DNA of 64,000 bases from an uncultured Candidatus Rokubacteria bacterium (GTDB taxonomy: Bacteria; Methylomirabilota; Methylomirabilia; Rokubacteriales; DASRDR01). The DNA lies in assembly GCA_963708025.1 (NCBI GenBank), contig CAVPSB010000015.1:318591-382590 (forward strand), read 5' to 3'. The position numbers and the translations under genes are program-made. This document shows, one piece after another, positions 16,881 through 27,056 of this stretch (the stretch's first letter is position 1; the number at the start of each line of letters is the position of its first letter). The notes beneath the pieces were generated by a model that was not told the DNA's origin, searched no databases, and saw only the letters and a list, made by a program, of their open reading frames with translations.

Positions 16881-19037
16881 GTGAGCCAGGTCTTCCTCGA
16901 CAGTCGCGACGGCGGTCTCCGACTCTACCTGAACGGTGAGCTCCAGTTCGACAGCCGGGACGAGCGGCTCTATCACGAGCCACTGGCCCTCGTTCCCACC
17001 GCGCTGGCTCGCGCGCGGGCGGCGGCGCGGGAGCTGCGAGTCCTGATCCTGGGAGGCGGCGACGGCCTGGCGCTGCGGGAGGCGCTCCGGGTCCCCGGGG
17101 TCGCCGAGGCGCACGTGGTCGATCGCGATCCCGACGTCCTGCGCCTCGGCGCCGGCTCGCTGGCGGCCCTCAACGCGGGCGCCTTCCGGGATCCCCGGAC
17201 GCGCGTCCACGTCCGGGACGCGCGCGAGTTCCTCGGCCGGGCCCGGGACTTCGACGTGGTGATCTGTGACCTCACCTACCCGGGTGACGTCGCGGGCGCC
17301 GAGCTCCTCAGCGTTCCGCTGTTCCGGAAGGCGCGGGCCGCGCTGCGACCCGGCGGGGTGCTGAGCGTGAACGCCGTCTCCCCGGAGGAGACGCCCCAGG
17401 CCTTCGGCTGCGTCGGCCGCACGCTCGGCGCCGCCGGGCTGGCCGCCGTCCCATACGCGTTCATGCTGCCCTCGTTCTTCGCCGAGGGCTACGGCCGGTG
17501 GGGCTTCTTTTTCGCCTCCTCCCGGACCATCGGGACGCGTGAGCTCCGGCGGCTCCCCCTGCCGGCGGGCGCCGGAATCACGCGGCCGCTCCTCCTCGAA
17601 GGCCTGCGCCTGCCGGTGGCGGCGGGCCCCGCGATGCGTGTGGCCCCCAACCGGAGCACCGAGCTGCTCTACTACATCTACAACGCGACGCCGCTCGCCT
17701 GGGATCCCCCGTGGCGTCCGTTCCGCTTCGCCGCCTCCGCGCTCGGGGTCGGCCCGCGCCCGACCGCCGCTCAGGGCTTCGCCCGCTGGCTGCGGGCCCC
17801 GGCCGGCCGTCGGACGCTCACCGAGCTGCTGGCCTGCGTGCCCCTGGCCCAGCGCGGCCAGACCCGCGAGGCGTTTCTCGAGTGGAGCGAGCACGCCGCG
17901 GTCCTCTTCCGCGAGGTGGACCTCCGGGCGTTCCTCGAGCGGACGCTCCGGCGGGCGGCGGAGCTGCCCCGCGCCTGGGTCCGCGAGCTGCGCCGGCTCC
18001 GGGACCGCATCCGGGCCGGGCTCCCGTCGATGGAGGAGCTGCTCGAGCAGGCCTACCGCGTCTTCGCGATCTACCTGCTCGTGCTCCTGCTGGCCAACCT
18101 GTTCTTCCCCGACAACCTGTACGCGAAGGGCGGGAGCTACTCCAGCGGCCGATCGAGCTTCTCGTCCAGCTCCAGCTCGGATTCCGGCCCGTTCCACGGG
18201 TTCAGCTTCAGCGATCCGGGACAGCGCTACGGCCCGTACCGGCACCGCGCGTTCTACTCCCGGGGCTACGGCGTCACCCCGAGCACCGGCGCCGACCGCG
18301 TCTACGACGCCGAGGGGCGGGAGTACCCGGCCCTCCGCTTCGCCCTCACCGACCCCGTGGGCGGACGGAAGCCGGTGCCCTCGCTGCTCGCGCTGAGCCC
18401 CGAGCTTCAGCTCCTCGAGACGGGGGCCATCGCCTACCTGACGGGGCTCGCCGGCTATCAGGCCCTGCTCGAGCCCGGGCGACTCCGCACCCTGGACGCG
18501 AGCGGCCGCGACGTGCTGGCGCTGGCGCCGCCCACGCGCCTCCAGGCCGACGCCGCCAGCCGGATCGCCCAGCAGGGCCCGCTGATCGACACGGCGCTGG
18601 TCGAGCACGAGCGCTGGCTCGAGTGGACGCGCTGGCGCGCGGTGATCGCGCCGGGGCGGGGGTCGGACTCCGAGCTGGCGGGACTCCAGGCGACCCGGAA
18701 GGCCGTGGATGCGGCCCGCGAGGTCTGGCAGCGTCCGGGGACGGCGCGCGCGTTCGACCCGCCGGCCGGCTGGGTCACGCTGTTTCCCGGCGTCTACCTC
18801 GAGCCGGCGAGGATCGCCGCCCAGGATCCGACCATCGTCCTGGTCAACCCCGACGGGAGCCAGAGCCGGCAGCCCGTCGGGCCGCCGGGTTGACTCACCG
18901 ACGAGGATCGCTTTCTCTTCCGCCTGCTCCACCGGCGCCTCACCGAGGGCAAGGACCAGTCGCTCAGCGTCCCGGTGACGCGCTGGATCGAGGCGCACGG
19001 GGCGGCCCTCGGCGTGAAGCCGGCCCCGCGCTCGTGA
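16881..19037 (+). CDS. Spermidine-synthase-like aminopropyltransferase fused to long C-terminal region; in-frame TGA at 18891-18893
   Basis: LYLNGELQF, YHEPL, LILGGGDG, FDVVICD; frame stays open 47 codons past the TGA and ends in a TGATG overlap with the next gene. Confidence 0.8.
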
Positions 19038-20095
19038 TGCGGATCGCCCCGCTCGACAGCCGGCACCGCGAGGCCTGGGACCGGCTGGTCGCGACCCATC
19101 CGGCATCCGGCTTCATGCAGTCGTGGGCGTGGTCGTGCTTCAAGGAGCTGGAAGGCTACCGGGTCGTGCGGCTGGGCGTCTTCGAGGGGGAGGCGCTCGC
19201 CGGCGGGGCGATCGGCTACGCGTTCCCTTCGCCGGCCGAGGCCGCGCTGCTGGCCGTGCCCGACGGGCCGCTCCTCGACTGGGACGCGCCCACCGCCGGC
19301 GCCGCTTTCGAGGCGCTGGTGCGCGCCCTCCGGCGATCGCCGGCGGGCCGGCGGGCGGTGGCGGTGCGCGTCGAGCCGCGGCTCCCGCTCGGGGCGGGGC
19401 CGGAGCGGGTGCCGGCGCCGCTCCGCGGCCTGGCCCGCGCGCCCGTGGACCTGGTCCCCGAGGAGACCCTCGAGGTCGACCTGGGACCGGAGGACCTCAT
19501 GCTGGCGCGGATGAAGCCGAAGGGGCGCTACAACGCCCGCCTGGCCTGGCGCCGCGGTGTCGAGGTGGTGAGCTCGTCCGACCCCGGCGACGTGCACTCG
19601 CTCCACTTCGTCCTGGAGCAGACCGCCGGCTACCAGGACTTCCTCCTCGAGCCCAAGAGCTTCTTCATCAACCTGGCCGGGGCGCTCATGCCGGCCATGG
19701 CCCGGCTGGCCTTCGCCCGCTACAAGGGCATCACGCTGGCCGCGGCGCTGACCGTGCGCCACGGCGCGACCGTGACGTACCTCTACGGCGGGCACCTCCC
19801 GCTGTTCCCCGACGTGATGGCTAGCCATGCGCTCCACTGGCACGTCATGCGGGAGGCGGCGGCCGAGGGCGCCCGCGTCTACGACCTCTACGGTTACGCG
19901 CCGCCCGACCGGCCCGGCCATCCCTACGCCGGCTTCTCGCGCTTCAAGGAGAAGCTGGGCGGGCGCCACGTGCGCCGGATCGGCTCTCACGACGTCGTCT
20001 TCTACGATCGGCTGGCCGACGCCGCCCTCCGCGCGATCCGGTCGGCATCGGCGGTGCGGAGGCGCGCCGCCTCGGAGAGATCGGAGAGAACATGA
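19037..20095 (+). CDS. FemABX-family tRNA-dependent aminoacyltransferase-like protein
   Basis: FMQSWAW, MKPKGRYN, YLYGG, YDLYG, FSRFKEKLGG. Confidence 0.85.
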   Translation: MRIAPLDSRHREAWDRLVATHPASGFMQSWAWSCFKELEGYRVVRLGVFEGEALAGGAIGYAFPSPAEAALLAVPDGPLLDWDAPTAGAAFEALVRALRRSPAGRRAVAVRVEPRLPLGAGPERVPAPLRGLARAPVDLVPEETLEVDLGPEDLMLARMKPKGRYNARLAWRRGVEVVSSSDPGDVHSLHFVLEQTAGYQDFLLEPKSFFINLAGALMPAMARLAFARYKGITLAAALTVRHGATVTYLYGGHLPLFPDVMASHALHWHVMREAAAEGARVYDLYGYAPPDRPGHPYAGFSRFKEKLGGRHVRRIGSHDVVFYDRLADAALRAIRSASAVRRRAASERSERT

Positions 20096-20931
20096 GCTAC
20101 GGGCTGTCAGCCGTCACCTATCTCGTCCTGTCCTTCGGGATCTGCTGGATCGGGAAGGTGGCCTACGGCCTCTTTCATCCCCGCGTCCGGGTCGACCGGG
20201 AGATGACCGCCCGCGACAACCTCGCGTTCGCGGTGCCGATGGGCGCCTACTACCTCGGCATTCTCATCGTGATGGGGGCCCCGCTCTCGGGGCAGCCCCG
20301 GGGGGATTTCGTGCGGGAGGCGCTCTCGGTACTGGCGTGGGGCGTCCTGGCCATGGTGCTGCTGAACGTCGCCTCGCTCGCCAACCGGCGGTTCCTGTTC
20401 GGCGGCATCGACCTGGCGGGGGAGATCCTCGAGCGGACCAACGTGGCGGCCGGGATCCTGGTCGGCGGCTCGCACATCGCCAACGCCCTCCTGATCCTCG
20501 GGGCCCTGGCCGACGAGGGCGGCCTCCTGCCGGCGGCCGTCTTCTGGCTGTACGCCCAGGTCCTCCTGACGCTGGCCGCGATCGCCTTCCAGCGCCTCGT
20601 CCGCTGCGACCTCGCCGCCGAGATCCGGCGGGGGAACCAGGCGCTCGCGCTCGCGGTCGCCGGGGCGCTCATCGGCATCGGCAACATCCTGCGCATGTCG
20701 ATCAGCGGGCCCTTCGAGGGCTGGTCGGCGGGCTTCGCCGCCTCGACCGGCTACGCGGTGGCCGGCCTCGTGCTCCTCTTCGTGGTCCGGCAGCTCGCCG
20801 ACTGGGTGCTCCTGCCGGGGGTGACGATCCGGCAGGAGGTCCTGGAGCAGGAGGTGCCGAACGTCGGCGTCGGCTACCTCGAGGCGGTCTTCTACCTGGG
20901 GGCGTCGCTGCTGGTCGGCTGGAGCCTGTAG
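20092..20931 (+). CDS. Tandem DUF350 membrane protein
   Basis: Repeated units VDREMTARDNLAFA, LAGEILERTNVAAG, LAAEIRRGNQALA, IRQEVLEQEVPNVGVG. Confidence 0.85.
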   Translation: MSYGLSAVTYLVLSFGICWIGKVAYGLFHPRVRVDREMTARDNLAFAVPMGAYYLGILIVMGAPLSGQPRGDFVREALSVLAWGVLAMVLLNVASLANRRFLFGGIDLAGEILERTNVAAGILVGGSHIANALLILGALADEGGLLPAAVFWLYAQVLLTLAAIAFQRLVRCDLAAEIRRGNQALALAVAGALIGIGNILRMSISGPFEGWSAGFAASTGYAVAGLVLLFVVRQLADWVLLPGVTIRQEVLEQEVPNVGVGYLEAVFYLGASLLVGWSL

Positions 20932-20934
20932 ATC

Positions 20935-21025
20935 CTTCGGGGGGGTCTCGGAAGACCCCCCCGATGCCCCCCTCGGTTGCGGCGCCTAGTGGACGGCCTT
21001 CGGCCTTTGGGCTGCCGCTCGGACG
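20935..21025. repeat. Family B palindromic element, possible bidirectional terminator
   Basis: TCGGGGGGGTCT-CGGA-AGACCCCCCCGA hairpin between convergent genes, then a GGACGGCCTTCGGCCT module. Confidence 0.6.
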
Positions 21026-21075
21026 CTGCACGCTGCCGAGCGCGGCCGGCCGCAGCCGTTCCCGATGCTCCTCCT

Positions 21076-21696
21076 CTAGGTTCCGAAGAGGCGGTCGCCG
21101 AAGTCGCCCAGCCCGGGCAGGATGAACTTCCGCTCGTTGAGCTCGCGATCGACCGCCGCGGTGTAGACGATGGCGTCCGGGACCGCCGACCGGAGGAGGG
21201 CGATGCCCTCGGGTGCGGCCACGATCGACAGGAGGCGTACCCGGCGGGCGCCGAGCTCGGCGAGTCCCTCGATCGCCATCGCGGCCGAGCCCCCCGTGGC
21301 CAGCATGGGGTCGAGGAGGAAGACCACGGCGCCCGCCAGGTCTTTCGGCACCTTCTCGTAGTAGCGACGCGCCACCGCCGTCACCTCGTCGCGCTCGAGG
21401 CCGAAGTAGCCGACTTGCGCCTGCGGCACGAGCTCGAGGAACCCGTCGAGCATGCCCAGGCCGGCGCGCAGCACCGGCACCGCGACCACCCGCGCCGCGA
21501 GCCGGCGCACCGCCGTCGCCTCCAGCGGCGTCTCGACCGTGCGCTCGGCCAGCGGCAGGTCGCGGGTGGCCTCCGCGACCAGGAGCAGGCTCACCCGGCG
21601 GGCGAGCTGGCGAAAGACGTCGCTGGGAGTGTGGCGATCCCGCAGCGCGGCGAGAACATCCTCGACCAGGGGGTGCTGGAGAACGTGGACGTCCAT
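21076..21696 (-). CDS. upp: Uracil phosphoribosyltransferase
   Basis: HPLV, VPVLRAGLGM, LDPMLATGGS, ILPGLGDFGDRLFGT. Confidence 0.97.
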   Translation of the reverse strand: MDVHVLQHPLVEDVLAALRDRHTPSDVFRQLARRVSLLLVAEATRDLPLAERTVETPLEATAVRRLAARVVAVPVLRAGLGMLDGFLELVPQAQVGYFGLERDEVTAVARRYYEKVPKDLAGAVVFLLDPMLATGGSAAMAIEGLAELGARRVRLLSIVAAPEGIALLRSAVPDAIVYTAAVDRELNERKFILPGLGDFGDRLFGT

Positions 21697-21710
21697 GGGT
21701 CGCTGCGGCG

Positions 21711-23270
21711 CTACCGCTCGAGGTCTCGCAGCACCACGGTGGCCGCGTTGCGGCCGGGCAGGCCGCTGACGTACCCCCCGGGGTGGCTGCCGCTCCCGCA
21801 GAGGTAGAGGCTCCCGACCGGCATCCGGTGGCCACCGAACCCCGGGATCGGCCGGAGCGAGAAGAGCTGCTCGAGGGTCAGGTCCCCGTGGAAGATGTTC
21901 CCGCCGGTGATGTTGAAGCGCGCCTCGATGTCGGGGGGCACCAGGACCATCCAGTCGCGGATCACGTCCCGGATGTTGGGGGCGTGCTCGGCCAGCGTGT
22001 CGAAGACGTCCTCCACGAACGCGCGCCGCCGCTCGGGCGTCCAGGGACCATCGGCCGGCTGGTACGGCACCCAGTCGCCGTACACCGTCATCGTGTGCTT
22101 TCCGGGGGGCGCCAGCCCGGGATCGGTGATCGACTGGAAGTGGAGGATCGCGTACGGCCGCCGGGGGACCCGACCCGCCCGCGCGTCCCGGTAGGCCGTC
22201 TCCAGGTACTCGAGGCTCGGGGAGATGACGACGCCGCCGCGGAGGTACGGCGTCTGGTCGCCGGGCGGCAACGCCCGGAAGCGCGGCAAGGCGTCCAGCG
22301 CGCAGTTGATCTTGTAGGAGCAGCCGGTCGTGCGATAGCGCCGGAGGTCGGCGACCACGTCGGGATCGAGCGCCTGCTCGCCGACGAGCCCCAGCAGCGT
22401 GTGGCGGGGGTCGGCGTTGGAGAGCACGACCCGGGCCGGCACCTCTTCCCCGCCGGCGAGCGCGACCCCGGTCGCCGCGCCATCCCTGATCAGCACGCGC
22501 TCGACGGTGACGCCGGTCCGGATCTCCCCGCCGTGCCGGCGCAGCGTGGTGGCGAGCGCCTGGCTGAGCCCGCCCATGCCGCCGCGGATGTACCCGAAGC
22601 ACCCCAGGTGGTCGTCCACGCGCGCGGCCAGGTGGTGGGCCTTCGAGTACGCCGACCCGGGCGTGGACGGCCCGACGAACGTGCCCACGGCGCCGCCGAA
22701 GGCGAGGAGTCCCTTGACGCCCTCCGACTCGAAGTACGCGTCGACCAGGTCCCGGGTGGTGCCCAGGATGAACCGGGCCAGCAGGCGCTCGCCGTCCGCC
22801 CCGTGGAATGCTCGCGCGAAGTCGCCCCACGTCCAGTCGTCGGCCGGACGCAGGAAGTGATCGCGCAGGATCGCTCCCACCCGGGCGCCGTCAGCCTCGA
22901 AGCGCGGCCAGGCCTCGGCGTCGCGCCGCGACCACCGGGCCACGTCGCGGACCGTCCGCTCGAGGTCGGGGTAGACGACCAGGTGTCGGCCGTCCGGGAA
23001 GACGCCGGTGAACTGCGGATCGCGGACGTACGACGCGAAGCCCGCCTCCCGGAGTCCGAGCTCCTGCACGATCTCCGGCTGTAGCATGCCGACCGTGTAC
23101 GACGCCACGCTCAGGCGGAAGCCCGGGAACAGCTCCTCGGTCACGCAGGCGCCGCCTACCAGCTCGCGGCGCTCCAGCACCACGACCGAGAGCCCGGCCC
23201 TGGCGAGATAGCACGCCGCCGTCAGCCCGTTGTGCCCGCCCCCCACCACGACCGCGTCATAGCGCTTCAT
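21711..23270 (-). CDS. Phytoene-dehydrogenase-like FAD oxidoreductase
   Basis: VVGGGHNGL, GGMGGL, GNIFHG, GSGSHPGG; TATAAT on minus strand at 23309-23314. Confidence 0.9.
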   Translation of the reverse strand: MKRYDAVVVGGGHNGLTAACYLARAGLSVVVLERRELVGGACVTEELFPGFRLSVASYTVGMLQPEIVQELGLREAGFASYVRDPQFTGVFPDGRHLVVYPDLERTVRDVARWSRRDAEAWPRFEADGARVGAILRDHFLRPADDWTWGDFARAFHGADGERLLARFILGTTRDLVDAYFESEGVKGLLAFGGAVGTFVGPSTPGSAYSKAHHLAARVDDHLGCFGYIRGGMGGLSQALATTLRRHGGEIRTGVTVERVLIRDGAATGVALAGGEEVPARVVLSNADPRHTLLGLVGEQALDPDVVADLRRYRTTGCSYKINCALDALPRFRALPPGDQTPYLRGGVVISPSLEYLETAYRDARAGRVPRRPYAILHFQSITDPGLAPPGKHTMTVYGDWVPYQPADGPWTPERRRAFVEDVFDTLAEHAPNIRDVIRDWMVLVPPDIEARFNITGGNIFHGDLTLEQLFSLRPIPGFGGHRMPVGSLYLCGSGSHPGGYVSGLPGRNAATVVLRDLER

Positions 23271-23376
23271 CCCCGGCCTCCTCCCTTGCCCGGCTCCGGC
23301 GCAGCCCAATTATAGGGGCGAGGTCCGAGAAGTGTCGGCCGAAGTCCGGCGGCATGCCTTGGAGCTCGGCGCGCGG

Positions 23377-23961
23377 TCACGGCGCCCGGAGGAGGCTCCG
23401 AAAGGTCAGGCTGATGCGCTCGCCTCCGGCGCCGGCCTGGCGGGGCACACCGTGGACGTAGTGGCGCTGGACGGTCCCGCCCATGACCAGGAGGGCGCCG
23501 TGGCCGAGCTCGAGGTCGTGCCGCTCCCGGTCCTGCTTCCGCCGCGGCTTGATGGCGAGGCGCCGGGTCGCGCCGAGCGACACGATCGCCACCGTCGGGT
23601 CGGGCCCCAGCTCCGGCTCGTCGTCGGCGTGGAGTCCCATGCTGTCGTCGCCGGTCCGGTAGCGATTCACGAGGACGTGGTTGAATGGCACGCCGGTCTG
23701 GCCGCGCACGCGCTCGAGGAGGCGCCCCGCCGCCGGCGTGAATGCGCGCGGCTCGAGGGTCTGCCCCGAGTACCGGTAGCCGAGGTCGCCGGCCCAGGCG
23801 ATCAGCCGTGGCTGGAGGACGCGCCGGCCGAAGAGCACGATGGCGCGCTGCTCCCAGGTCAGCTCGTCGCGGAGCGCCGCCAGCGCCGCATCGGCCTCGT
23901 CCGCCGACAGCCAGGCCGCGTCGAAGTCGAGCCAGGCACCCGATGCGAGAGGAATGCGCAT
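23377..23961 (-). CDS. AlkB-family 2OG-Fe(II) dioxygenase
   Basis: NRYRTGDDSMGLHADDE, HGVP, RISLTFR. Confidence 0.9.
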   Translation of the reverse strand: MRIPLASGAWLDFDAAWLSADEADAALAALRDELTWEQRAIVLFGRRVLQPRLIAWAGDLGYRYSGQTLEPRAFTPAAGRLLERVRGQTGVPFNHVLVNRYRTGDDSMGLHADDEPELGPDPTVAIVSLGATRRLAIKPRRKQDRERHDLELGHGALLVMGGTVQRHYVHGVPRQAGAGGERISLTFRSLLRAP

Positions 23962-24018
23962 GCCGCGCGGCCGGGGTTCACCAGGGGAGACTCGACCCCG
24001 GCGAGTGAGGGAGTCCGC

Positions 24019-24396
24019 TCATCGCGGGCGGGCCCACGGCTCGCGGGGGTCGTGCGCCCGGATCCGCCGGACCTCGACGCTGCCCAGGCGCGCTCCCGGG
24101 ATCCGCCCGGCCACCTGGACGGCCTCGTCGAGATCCCGCGCCTCGATGAGGTAGTACCCGCCGAGCTGCTCCTTCGTCTCGGCGAAGGGGCCGTCGACGG
24201 TGGACAGCTTCCCGTTGCGCATGCGCACGGTGGCGGCGGTCTGCACCGGGTCGAGCGGCGAGGCGCTCACGTAGTGCCCGCTCTTGCGGAGCTGCTCGCA
24301 GAGCTCCAGGTTCTCGACGACCAGGGCGTCCCATTCGCTGTCGGACAGCGCGGCGAGCCGCTTCTCTTCCGCGTAGACCAGGCACAGGTACTTCAC
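24019..24396 (-). CDS. YciI/DGPF-family protein
   Basis: DGPFAETKEQLGGYY; GTG start after AAGGAGG. Confidence 0.9.
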   Translation of the reverse strand: MKYLCLVYAEEKRLAALSDSEWDALVVENLELCEQLRKSGHYVSASPLDPVQTAATVRMRNGKLSTVDGPFAETKEQLGGYYLIEARDLDEAVQVAGRIPGARLGSVEVRRIRAHDPREPWARPR

Positions 24397-24817
24397 GGCT
24401 TCCTCCTTGGGCTCGCGGTCGTCCCCCGGGGGGATGGGCGGACCGAGCCTCCTCCCCCCCTGATGGTGCGCGCCGGGCGCGGGGGCGTCAAGAACGCGAT
24501 CCCTGGCGCGATCCCTGGCGGAAGGGAGACGGCCGATGACGGCATCAGCTGCGCCAGGCGCCGTCACGCGAGCGACGCCGAGACCCTGGCCGGCCGGCGC
24601 GGGCTCGAGGACACCCACGGGTCCCGCCCCGGACGGTCAGGGCCGGAGCCCGGTCGGGCCCGGCGCCCTTGCGGCCGATCGAGTGCTCGTCTAGGATGCC
24701 GGTGGCGAGCCGGAGCGTGTCGCGCACGGCGAGGCTGATCGAGCGCTGCCTCGGTTCCGCGCGCCGCGAGGCGCCCCGGACAGGTCGAGGACTCCGTGCC
24801 GGCCCAAGGAGGTCACC

Positions 24818-26111
24818 ATGAGCACCCGGAGTCGGGTCGTCGCACTGCTCGTGTCGATGAGCCTGGTCGGCGTCGCGGCCCTCGCGGCCGCCGCCCCGGT
24901 CACGCTCACCTTCCGGTTCAACGACGCCGAGCACAAGGAGCTGCGGGAGGCGCTCGACGTCTTCGAGCGGCAGAACCCGAACATCAAGGTGAGCCTGCAG
25001 CGCATCGCCTGGGCCGACTCCCGCGAGCAGTTCCTCCGCGAGGCGGCGGTGGGGCAGGGGCCGGACGTGGTGCACGTGGCCCAGGTCGCCGTGCGCAGCA
25101 TGGGGCAGGCCGGCGCGTTCTACAAGCTGAACGACCTGGTCAAGCGGTACGGCCTCCTGGGCGGGTGGGACGACTTCCTGTCCACCGAGCTGGCCGCCCA
25201 GGACGACGGCACCATCCACGCGATCCCCTGGACGGTGGACACCTTCGCCATGGTCTACAACCCGGAGATCCTCAAGCAGGCGGGGATCGCGAAGTTCCCG
25301 GAGACCTGGGACGAGCTCAGGCAGGCCAGCCGCCAGATCAAGGCGAAGACCGGGAAGGTCGGCTGGGCGTTCCCGGCCGGCAGCGGCTCCACCAACTCGA
25401 TCTGGTTCTTCTGCAACTTCTACTGGTGGTCTCACGGCTGGGGCCTGGTGGACCGGACGCCCGACGGAAAGTACGCGATGGGGATCACCGTCCCCCAGAT
25501 CGCCGAGGCCTTCGACTACTACAACTCGTACTTCAAGGAAGGCCTCAACGACAAGTCGATGCTGGCGGTGACCAACTGGGGGGCCCAGGAGCTGATCGAG
25601 GGCATGGTGCAGGGGAGCTACGCGATCATCAGCACGCCCGAGTTCGTCCTGACCCAGATCGAGGAGGCCTACAAGGCCCGCTATCCCGGTAAACCCCTGC
25701 CGTTCGCCTCCACCATCCATCCCAAGGACCGGAACGGCTCCAAGACGTTCATCGGCGGCCGCCAGCTGGCCATCAACGCGAACACGAAGTATCCGGACGA
25801 GGCGTTCAAGCTGGTCCAGTACCTGATCGGCCCCGACATCTACGCCAAGTACTACGTCGGCCAGTGGCCGGCGCAGAAGAGCGGAATCGCCAAGATCCAG
25901 CGCCCGCCCGCCCACATGGGGCTACCCGGAGCAGCTCAAGCACGCCCGGCAGTGGGGCGCGTACTCCAGCGGGCCGGTGGCCATCCCGACGATGTGGAAC
26001 GCGGTGGGGCGCGCCATCGGGTCGGTGTTCACCGGGGAGAGGGCCTCCACGGCGGCGGCCCAGGAGGTGTACGACCTGGTCCAGGCCGAGCTTGCCAAGA
26101 AGAAGCCGTAG
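24818..26111 (+). CDS. Sugar ABC substrate-binding protein; frameshift near 25920
   Basis: Signal peptide, GPDV, YNPEIL, PETWDEL; removing one G at ~25920 restores HMGYPEQL...AKKKP*. Confidence 0.85.
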
Positions 26112-26153
26112 GAGCCCGCCGAGACCCGACGCCGGAAGCGAGCCGGAGACCCA

Positions 26154-27056
26154 GTGAGGGGAGACCGGTCCTTCATCACATTCCTGCTGCTTCCGGCGTT
26201 CTTCTTCCTCGTCCTGTTCTACCTGTACCCGATGGTCTTCAACCTCCAGGTCAGCCTCACCGACCTCAGCCTCTTCGGCCTCCGGCGCGGCGGGCAGTGG
26301 GTCGGCCTCGGCAACTACGTCGAGCTCCTGACCAGCCCGCAGTTCCGCCGGGTGCTCTACAACACGACCGTGTGGCTCTCGCTCGTCGGCGTGTCGATCC
26401 GCATCGTGCTCGGCGTGGCCCTGGCGTTCCTGATCAACTCCGACACGCTCCGGCGGTACCGGCTGCGGACGCTGTTCCACGTCCTGCTGATCGTGCCGTG
26501 GGCGACCCCGCCCATCGTGACGGTGGTCATCTGGCGGTGGATGCTCGATCCGCGGGCGGGGGTCGTCAACAAGCTCCTGGTCGGCTCGGGGCTGGCCGCC
26601 GAGCCGGTGGCCTTCCTCTCCGACACCGGCTACGTGTGGCCGGCGCTGATCACCATCATCACGTGGAACACGCTCCCGCTGGTGACCCTCACCTTCCTGG
26701 CGAGCCTCAAGTCGATCCCGACGGAGATCCTGGAGGCGGCCGCCGTGGACGGCGCCACGAAGGTCCGGAGCGCGTGGCACGTGGTGCTGCCGCAGCTCAT
26801 GCCGGCGATCGTCGTGATGACCCTGCTGTCAACCTTCTGGACCTTCAACAACTTCGCGTACGTCTGGCTCACGACGGGCGCCGGGCCGGGGACCTACACG
26901 AACGTGATGGCGACGGAGGTCTACATCAAGGCGTTCGTCGACGGCCGCATGGGATACAGCTCCGCGCTCGGCGTCATCATGGCGGCGATCATGACCGCCT
27001 TCGGACTCCTCTACCTCCGGTTCGTGGTGCAGCGGGAGCTCCGTGAGGTCTTCTGA
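26154..27056 (+). CDS. Carbohydrate ABC permease
   Basis: VGLGNY, EAAAVDGA. Confidence 0.92.
   Translation: MRGDRSFITFLLLPAFFFLVLFYLYPMVFNLQVSLTDLSLFGLRRGGQWVGLGNYVELLTSPQFRRVLYNTTVWLSLVGVSIRIVLGVALAFLINSDTLRRYRLRTLFHVLLIVPWATPPIVTVVIWRWMLDPRAGVVNKLLVGSGLAAEPVAFLSDTGYVWPALITIITWNTLPLVTLTFLASLKSIPTEILEAAAVDGATKVRSAWHVVLPQLMPAIVVMTLLSTFWTFNNFAYVWLTTGAGPGTYTNVMATEVYIKAFVDGRMGYSSALGVIMAAIMTAFGLLYLRFVVQRELREVF

Noticed and set aside
18891-18893. Selenocysteine at this TGA
   Set aside because: No redox motif context and no clear downstream hairpin, unlike 42083; mutation or read error is more likely
16263-19106. 947-aa minus-strand ORF
   Set aside because: Antisense shadow of the DUF4178/spermidine synthase genes
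17711-20095. 794-aa ORF as one protein
   Set aside because: Only the part from ATG 19037 is Fem-like; the rest is an off-frame overlap
24818-27046. 742-aa binding-protein fusion
   Set aside because: Caused by one extra G near 25920; the real stop is at 26109-26111
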